Shown piece after piece: positions 38,301-47,300 of a DNA stretch of 64,000 nucleotides; the stretch's first letter is position 1; each line of letters starts with the position of its first letter. The notes beneath the pieces are model-generated. The model was not told the origin of the DNA, ran no database searches, and was given only the letters and a program-made list of their open reading frames with translations. The stretch covers positions 211,980,001 through 212,044,000 of the forward strand of contig NC_086097.1 of the NCBI RefSeq assembly GCF_963921235.1, read 5' to 3'. A program made the translations under genes and the position numbers. This stretch comes from Mobula hypostoma (Eukaryota).

Positions 38301-41300
38301 TGACAGACTGCTACAGCTAATACTGATTGAGCAGTTTAAAGGTTGTGTCCCTGAAGGTATGAGGCCCTACCTAAATGAGAGAGAGGCAGAAATCTTAGCT
38401 GCAACTGCTAAGTTAGCGGATGAGTACGCGTTGACACACAAAGTGAAGTTTACCCTGAGTAAAAGCTGCCAGAAGGGTAGTCAAGAGGGCAGAGAGAGTC
38501 CGCCAGAAAAGCAAGAAAGTAAGCCAGGCACTAGTGAGAAGGATAAGGAAGACAGGAAGCAGTTTGGTAGGAAGTCTCCTGGGGTCATATGCTATAATTG
38601 TGGGAAAGCCAGTCACTTTGTGTCCAGGTGCTTTGCCCCAAAGAAGGAGATGGGGAAAGGAAAAACGACAGTTCCGACTGGCTGTATTGAGCTGGCAAAC
38701 AAACCGCTAGGGGAGAAGAGGTCTGATAAAGTTAAGGAAGGGCGTGAGAAGTTTATCTCGGCCGGATTGGTGTCGGTGATGGAGGGGTTAAACCCGGTTC
38801 CAGTACAGATCTGGAGAGACACTGGAGCTTGTCAGTCATTGATCTTAAAGGGTGTGTTAGACTTTAGTTCAGAGACCGAGACTGGGGAGGTCAGGGTGAT
38901 AAAAGGCATTAGGAAAGGGACTGAAGCAGTACCTTTGCACCAGATACACCTAAAAAGCGACTTGGTCTCCGGACCGGTCACGATAGGGATGAGGCCCGAA
39001 TTACCGATGGAAGTTAGTCCTGACGAAGGGTCTCGGCCTGAAACGTCGACTGCGCCTCTTCCTATAGATGCTGCCTGGCCTGCTGCATTCACCAGCAACT
39101 TTGATGTGTTTTGCTTGAATTTCCAGCATCTGCAGAATTCCTGTTGTTTGCCTCCAACTAAGTGGTCCATTTCTGCTGGTTTGGCAACCCAGTTACGGGG
39201 TACGTAACACAGGGAAGAGAAGTGTGCGCAGTCACAATTATGACAGAGAAAGTACTCAGGAAGCTGAATAGTCTAAAGGTAGGTAAATCTCCTGGACCAG
39301 ATGGAATGCTCCCTCATGTTCTGAAGGAAGTAGCTGTGGAGATTGCGGAGGCATTAGCGATGATCTTTTAAAAGTCGATAGATTCTGGCATGGTTCTGGA
39401 GGACTGGAAGATTGCAAATGTCACTCCGCTATTTAAGAAGGGGGCAAGGAAGCAAAAAGGAAATTATAGACCTGTTAGCTTGACATCGGTGGTTGGGAAG
39501 TTGTTGGAGTCGATTGTCAAGGATGAGGTTACGGAGTACCTGGAGGCATATGACAAGATAGGCAGAACTCAGCATGGATTCCTTAAAGGAAAATCCTGCC
39601 TGACAAACCTATTACAATTTCTTGAGGAAATTACAAGTAGACTAGACAAGGGATATGCAGTGGATGTTGTATATTTGGATTTTCAGAAGGCCTTTGACAA
39701 AGTGCCACACATGAGGCTACTTAACAAGATAAGAGCCCATGGAATTATGGAAAAGTTACATACGTGGATAGAGCGTTGGCTGATTGGCAGGAAACAGAGA
39801 GTGGGAATAAAGGGATCCTATTCTGGTTGGCTGCCAGTTACCAGTGGTGTTCCACAGGGGTCCATGTTGGGGCTGCTTCTTTTTACATTGTACATCAACG
39901 ATTTGGATCATGGAATAGATGGCTTTGTGGGTAAGTTTGCTGACGATACGAAGATAGGTGGAGGGGCCGGTAGTGCTGAGGAAACAGAGAGTCTGCAGAG
40001 AGACTTGGATAGATTGGAAGAATGGGCAAAGAAGTGGCAAATGAAATACAATGCTGGAAGGTGTATGGTCATGCACTTTGGCAGAAGAAATAAATGGGCA
40101 GACTATTATTTAAATGGGGAGAGAATTCAAAGTTCTGAGATGCAAAGGGACTTGGGAGTCCTCGTGCAGGATACCCTTAAGGTTAACCTCTAGGTTGAGT
40201 CGGTGGTGAAGAAGGCGAATGCAATGTTGGCATTCATTTCTAGAGGAATAGAGTATAGGAGCAGGGATGTGATGTTGAGGCTCTATAAGGCACTGGTGAG
40301 ACCTCACTTGGAGTACTGTGGGCAGTGTTGGTCTCCTTATTTAAGAAGGGATGTGCTAATGTTGGGGAGGGTACAGAGAAGATACACTAGAATGATTCCG
40401 GGAATGAGAGGGTTAACATATGAGGAACGTTTGTCCACTCTTGGACTGTATTCCTTGGAGTTTAGAAGAATGAGGGGAGGCCTCATAGGAACATTTCGAA
40501 TGCTGAAAGGCATGGACAGAGTGGATGTGGCAAAGTTGTTTCCCATGATGGGGGAGTCTAGTACGAGAGGGCATGACTTAAGGATTGAAGGGCGCCCTTT
40601 CAGAACAGAAATACGAAGAAACTTTTTTAGCCAGAGGGTGGTGAATCTATGGAATTTGTTGCCACGGGCGGCAGTGGAGGCCAAGTCATTGGGTGTATTT
40701 AAGGCAGAGATTGATAGGTATCTGAGTAGCCAGGGCATCAAAGGTTATGGTGAGAAGGCGGGGGAGTGGGACTAAATGGGAGAGTGGATCAGCTCATGAT
40801 AAAATTGCAGAGCAGACTCAATGGGCCGAATGGCTGACTTCTGCTCCTTTGTCTTATGATCTTATGGTCAGATTTGATAGGCTGAATGGCCTAATTCTTG
40901 TCATGTGTCTTGTGGTCTTGTAGTGTATAGATCAGGGATGCTTTACGCCAACTGACAAGTATGAGAGCTTGGTTCTTGCCATCTGGTGATTGGTGCAGAC
41001 CGTGATTGAAGAGATTCTCCAGGTTGCTTGTAGGATATACCATTTCATTAAGAGGACCCCACATTGCTGGCTTTGTTTTCAGGTGGAAAGACCATTGACA
41101 GCAAGCCTTGCCATCACATTTAAATTTCCAATGACCGTGTAGTCTCTGGCAATTAACCTCTGCATCACTTATGAATGTTCACTAGTTCCATTTAGTATTT
41201 TAGTTACTCCTTCAAGGCTTGGCAAACAGTGCTTCATCACTATATCAACATTATGGAGTTCGGTTGCCAAACAATATCAACAAGGTACAAAGAAACGCTT

Positions 41301-44300
41301 TCTGCACTGGCGTGTGGAATATTGCCAGGGCACCAGTGAAGGCATTCCCTAGCAATCCTAGTAGGGATGCTTACATCCTAGATGCTTCAGAAATTGTGGA
41401 AAAGTTGAAGGATGCTGTCTCTCTAAATGCAATCCAAGCTAGCAACATTCCTACTTTGTTATTGTCAACAGGAGTACTTCCAACACCACATTAGGAATAA
41501 GTGGCACCATATGTCTATGGCAGACACAATATCAATGGCTCTTCACATGGCTTTAGATCATCTGGACCACACAAACACCTATGTCAGGATGCTGCTCAGC
41601 ATTTAACACCATCATCCCGCAATCCTAATCGAAAGATTACAGAGCCGGGGCCTCTGTGCCTCCTTCTGCAATTGGATCCTCGACTTCCTAACCAGAAGAG
41701 CACAATCTGTAGAGATTGGTGATAATACCTCCTCACTGACTATCGACATTGGTGCTTATCAGGGGTGTGAGCTTAGCCCACTGCTCTACTCTCTCTGTAC
41801 CCATGACTGTGTGGCTACATATAGCTCAAATACCATCAATAAATCTGCTGATGATACTACCATTATTGGTAGAATCAGATGGAAATGAGAGGGCATGCAG
41901 CAGCGAGATATGTGAGCTAGTGGAGTGGTGCTGCAGCAACAACCTGGCACTCCACATCAGTAAGATGAAAGAGCTGATTGTGGATTTCCGGAAGGGTAAG
42001 ACAAAGGAACACATACCAATCCTCATCGAGGGATCAGAAGTGGAGAGAGTGAGCAATTTCTGGCTCCTGGGTGTCAAGATCTCTGAGGATCTAACCTTGT
42101 CCCAATATATCTATTCAGCTATGAAGAAGGCAAGACAGAGGCTATATTTCATGAGGAATTTGAAGAGATTTGGTTTGTCAACTAAAACACTCAAACTTCT
42201 ATAGATGTATCCTGGAAAGCGTTCGGACAAGGTGCATCACTGTGTGGTATGGGGTTGGTGGGGGGGGGCACTACTGCACAGGACTGAAAGAAGCTACAGA
42301 AAGATGTAAAATCAGTCAGCTTCATCTTGAGTGCTATCCTCTAGTATCCAAGACATCTTCAAGGAGCTGTGCCTCAGGAAGGACCCCCATCACTCAGGAC
42401 ATGCCCTCTTCTCATGGTTACCATCAGGAAGGAGGTACAGAAGCCTGAAGGCACACACTCAGTGATTCAGGAACAGCTTCTTCCCCTCTGCCATCTGATT
42501 CCTAAATGGATATTGAACCCATAAACACTACCTCACTTTTTTATATATTATTTCAATATACATATAAGTACTTACTGTAATTAATTAATTTATTTATTCT
42601 ACATTATCCTGCAATGCATTGAACTGCTGCTGCTAAGTTAGCGAATGTCACGACACATGCCAGTGATAGTAAACCTGATTCTGATTCTGACAAAGCTTAT
42701 TCCCCTGGAATACTGCTACTGCTGAGTGCAAAATTTAGGATTAGGTGAGTTAGGGAATTTGAGGGGAAGAGGTGCTGCTCTGATGCTTTATTTCTGCTCA
42801 GTGTTGTAAACTAATAAATAGAGGCATGTCAGAGCATCTCATACCTGTGGAATGCACAATGTGTGCTATGTATGAAGTTTAGAGTATTTCTGTCTTTGAC
42901 GACTTTTGTCACTGAAAGATATGGAGCTCAGGTTTTTAGACCTTGAGCAACAGCTAAATTCACTGCAGTCCATCTGTGAGGAAGCTTTTGGGGTTGGGGG
43001 AGGACACAATGATGGGTGACTGTCAGACAAACGCAATGAACAAACAGAGCCCCTTGGGCCATTTTGCTGTCTAATCTGCATCTAATTCTGAATGTTGATA
43101 GAGGAAATGGTTGCCACTGACAACTGCAGCCAGTGCAAAACCATACCTGCATGAATGATGCAGCTGCACAGGAGGGAGAAGAAAGGAATATTTAACTGAA
43201 AAATTAGCCATTCCACAGAGCACTTAGATATTTCTGTGGCTGCAAATGTAATGACAGGAAACTAAGTTGTCTTCTTGGAACCATGTAAAGAGTAAATGGC
43301 TGCAGACCGTTCTTGAGGGGAAGGTCAAAGCCAGAGATCATGGTCCACATTAGTATCAATAATAGAAGCTAAATATGACAAAGGATTCATGTACCCAGAA
43401 TCTAAATTATTTCCCCTGTAACAAGTATCCAACCATATATTTAGCTGAACTTTCTTCTTATTTCTGTACTCAATGGTTTTATGCTGCAATCTGGAGATTA
43501 CAATCTTCAATGTTGTATTTCATAATTCCTTACAAATTGGAATTCTCTGCATCAATGTACAGTACAGGCAGAAACAGTCTTGATATTTATAAAATACCTG
43601 AATGTGTGTTGGAAGAGCTGTAACCTACAGGGCTGCTAAAAGCTATGATTAAGCTGGGGAGTGCATTATTGACTGGCATGACCAATCTCACTCCATGTAC
43701 TAAATTTTGTATGATTTTGTGAATAAATTAATTTCGAAGTTCCAGAAACATTTGTCAGATACTTGTATTTTGAAGTGCTTTGTAATTTTATTAAAATTAG
43801 ATGTTTAAGCAACAAATTAGTTGTGGTTGCAGTGACATTCATCATCTTCTTAAGTGCTGTGCTTTACCCATTAGAATTATTCAGCTGAAGTAATGTTTTA
43901 TACCATACTGCCTGACATCATTGCTACTGTAGTTAAAGTGTAGATCTGTTAAACTATGTATTTTTTTTAAGAGAATTAATACCTGGCTTTGTTTGAGGAA
44001 ATGCCCTGTGGATTTTTGCTAAAGATTTCTTTGGAAAAAATTTGTACAGGTAGTCTGATAAATGAAGCTCTCCGCTTATCCAGTACGTCAATAATGTTAC
44101 GTGTTGCCACTGAGAACTTCGCGCTGACACTGGATTCCGATGTAAAGGTGGCTGTGCGAAAAGGAGACCTTATTTGTTTATATCCTCAACAACTACACTT
44201 GGACCCAGATATTTATGAAGACCCTTTGGTAGGTAAAATAATATCAACATTTTGCACCTTAAATCCTGTATGAATAATTTTATGAATCCAATCCTGAGTA

Positions 44301-47300
44301 TTATGATTCAGTAAATCACTTAAATTTTATTACTGTGATGGAGATACTTAGCATGATGTTGCAAGAGCTGTCTTGTGATTTAAATGGGGTTTCCATTCAT
44401 TTTCTTATTATCCTACACATATTTTCCTTCATACTGTTTCCAAGTGAATGATAATAGTTGACAAATATTTCATCCCTATTGAGTCTATATAATTGCATAG
44501 AATGCACACTTTGCCTAACAGGTCAATGCCAGTGTTAACCTTCAACACAACCCTACTTCTGTTTTACTTCCCCCTGGTCTATCAACATTTTCTTTCTTTA
44601 CTTCCTTTTCCATGCACACTATCTTTAAATAAATTCATGCTATTTTCTTATGGTAGCAGGTTTGCATACTTGTGAGGGGCAAGTGTTATTTTCTGGTTAT
44701 GGTCCTGAGCATGCGCATTGTGCGGATTCTTACATAGGGACCTATGTTCTCTCTAAGCTCTGCGCGTGTGTGCGCGCACACGTTTTTCAGCCAGTGTACA
44801 AAGGAAATTAATGTGCGTACAAAAGGTTAGTTACCTAAAATAATGTAGTAATTAATAATTATACTTATTGAAAATAATCTTTTAGCTAAATGTTTCTGTT
44901 AACTAGTTAGTTGGTCTTTCAAATACCACAATGCATGTCACTAATTTATGTCACCTCACCTTTCCTGTTCCGATTTGTACAGCTGCATCACGGCGGTAGC
45001 CATCTTTGGCGGACAGTGTTCATATCGTAAAGTTTACAAAGATCTGTTTCAAATCCTGTAGATAGCTTACTAAGTTTTTATTGAAAAAGATCAGTCAAAT
45101 GACCCTGTGGCTAAATACTGTCAGAAGAAATTGATGAACATCACATACAAAGTAGCTTTACAGGTTTTAAGCGACATCTTTGATGAACTGGCTGCACTGT
45201 GCAAGATTTTGCAAAAGAGTGGCCTGACACCGATTGATTCACTTCATTTTGCGCAAGGCAAAATTAACAAGATAAGAAAGCAGTATCTGGGAGACAATGT
45301 TTCATGGAGTGAGAAAGTTAAAGTTTTGCTAAGGCAACAACGTGAAGAAAATGTCACAGTAGATATAAGTTTGCTGTTGACTTTTATAAATAGTCTTTGT
45401 GTTCATTTAGAAGAAAGGTTTCCTGAAGATGAGGTACAAGAATGGTCAGCTTTTGATTTCTCCACAATTGCAGATTGTGACTTCACATTTGGCGATGAAC
45501 AAGTTAATGCCTTAAGTCTAAAATATCATGATTTTCTAGCTGAAAATACTGTAATAGTTAGACAGTTTAATGATTTCAAATTTTCCATGCAAGAAAAAAT
45601 TAAATCCAAACTGATTTCAAACTTTGCTCAAGTGGTGGCATTTGTACTTCAAAATGAAGTTTTGCAACCTTGCACAGTTGATGGACATTGGGGGAACCTT
45701 TCTTGTGTCTAGTGCGGACTGTGAGCGAGGTTTTACCCTAATGAATCAACTCAAAAACAGGCTGAGAAACCGTTTAACATATCCAAGTGACATTCACCTA
45801 ATGAGAATCAAAAGCTACCAATTGGATGGAAGTTCTATTAGTCGAGATAGAGTTTACAAAGAATGGGTAAATGCCAAAGACAGGAGAGAGAAAAAATAAC
45901 TGAGTGACTTTAATATGTATGTTATTTTGTTGTTATTCTGTGCAGTTTTATGTTAAATATTTTGTAAACGTACATAAACTGTGCCATGTGTGCATATTCA
46001 GTGCGCACATACAGTACTTTTGTCACAGGAAACAAAATTGCATAGATAAGATTTTTGCGCACACTGACTACTAAAAATTAGAGGGAACATTGTTAGAGGG
46101 GAACAACAGGAATTCTGCAGATGCTGGAAATTCAAGCAACACACATCAAAGTTGCTGGTGAATGCAGCAGGCCAGGCAGCATCTCTAGGAAGAGGTACAG
46201 TCGACGTTTCAGGCCGAGACCCTTCGTCAGGACTAACTGAAGGAAGAGTTAGTAAGGGATTTGAAATTTCACATCTCTTACTAACTCTTCCTTGAGTTAG
46301 TCCTGACGAAGGGTCTCGGCCTGAAACGTCAACTGTACCTCTTCCTAGAGATGCTGCCTGGTCTGCTGCATTCACCAGCAACTTTGATGTGTGTTGATTG
46401 TTAGAGGGGACTGTGTTGCAATCTGATGTTAACTGGGCACAGCAGAATCATCACAAACTTCCCATTCCAGAAATTATGTTAGTGATAATACCATTGATGA
46501 AATATCTAAAGAAGGAGAGATTTCATATTATAAAACAGCTGCAAGATATCCTTGGAGAGTGATAATTGCCCTCTGACACCCTCAACCAATTCTTCTACAC
46601 CAGGTATGATTCCAGCCACCAGGTTGTTTTCTCCTTGGCTCCCATAGGAAGTTTTGAGGTAACTTTGTGGTCAAATGTCATCTTGGTTTTGTATTTGTAA
46701 CAGGATCTGAACATCTGACCAGCGCAGTGAAACAACCAATTGATCCGCTGCCTACCAGTACCAGTATTCTGAGTTTAGTCCTGACCTTGGACAGTCTCTA
46801 TAGAGTTTGCATGTTCTCCCTGTGGCCATATTGGTTTCCTCAGGATGCTCCTGTTTTCTCCCATATTCCCAAGGCCAAAAGGTTAATTGAGTACTGTAAA
46901 TTTTCCCTCGTGTGAGTGAGTGGTAGAATCTGAAGCAAGCTAATGAATATGTGGTGAGTTTTTTAATAAACGGGATTAGTGTAAATGTAGTTGATGGCTG
47001 GCACAGACTCAGTGGGCACAAAGGCCCATTTCAGTGTTCTAAGACCACCAGGTATAGGAGCAGAATTAGGCCATTTGTCCCATTGAGTCTGCACTGCCAT
47101 TTCATCATAGCTCATCCAATTTTCCTCTCAGCCCCAATCTCCTGCCTTCTACCGGTATCCCTTTATACCTTGACCAATCATGAATCTATCAACCTCTGGC
47201 TTAAATATACGTAAAGACTTGGCCTCCACAGCTGCCTGTGGCAAAGTATTCCACGGATTCACCGTTCTCTGTCTAAAGAAATTCCTCCTCATCTTCATTC

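Larger units (their letters stand above)
36580..39209 (+). mobile_element. Gmr1-like LTR retrotransposon, internally deleted: 5' LTR (36580..37406), gag-protease, last ~58 bp of 3' LTR
   Basis: TGTG...GTAACA, 4-bp TSD CAGG (36576-36579, 39210-39213), PBS-like TGGGGATCTCGTCC and 3' LTR remnant 39152..39209. Confidence 0.92.
36505..40870 (+). mobile_element. CR1 LINE (5'-truncated) split by the LTR element at 36580..39209
   Basis: [24 protein letters not shown] (36505-36579) continues as GREVCAVTI...KSPGPDG after 39213; RT ORFs 39390..40193 and 40203..40775 (KFADD). Confidence 0.92.

Noticed and set aside
37750..39207. 485-aa ORF as a domesticated Gag gene with a novel C-terminus
   Set aside because: It is frameshifted from its N-terminus (37505..37753) and still flanked by LTRs. 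The last ~65 aa are read-through of Penelope and LTR sequence.
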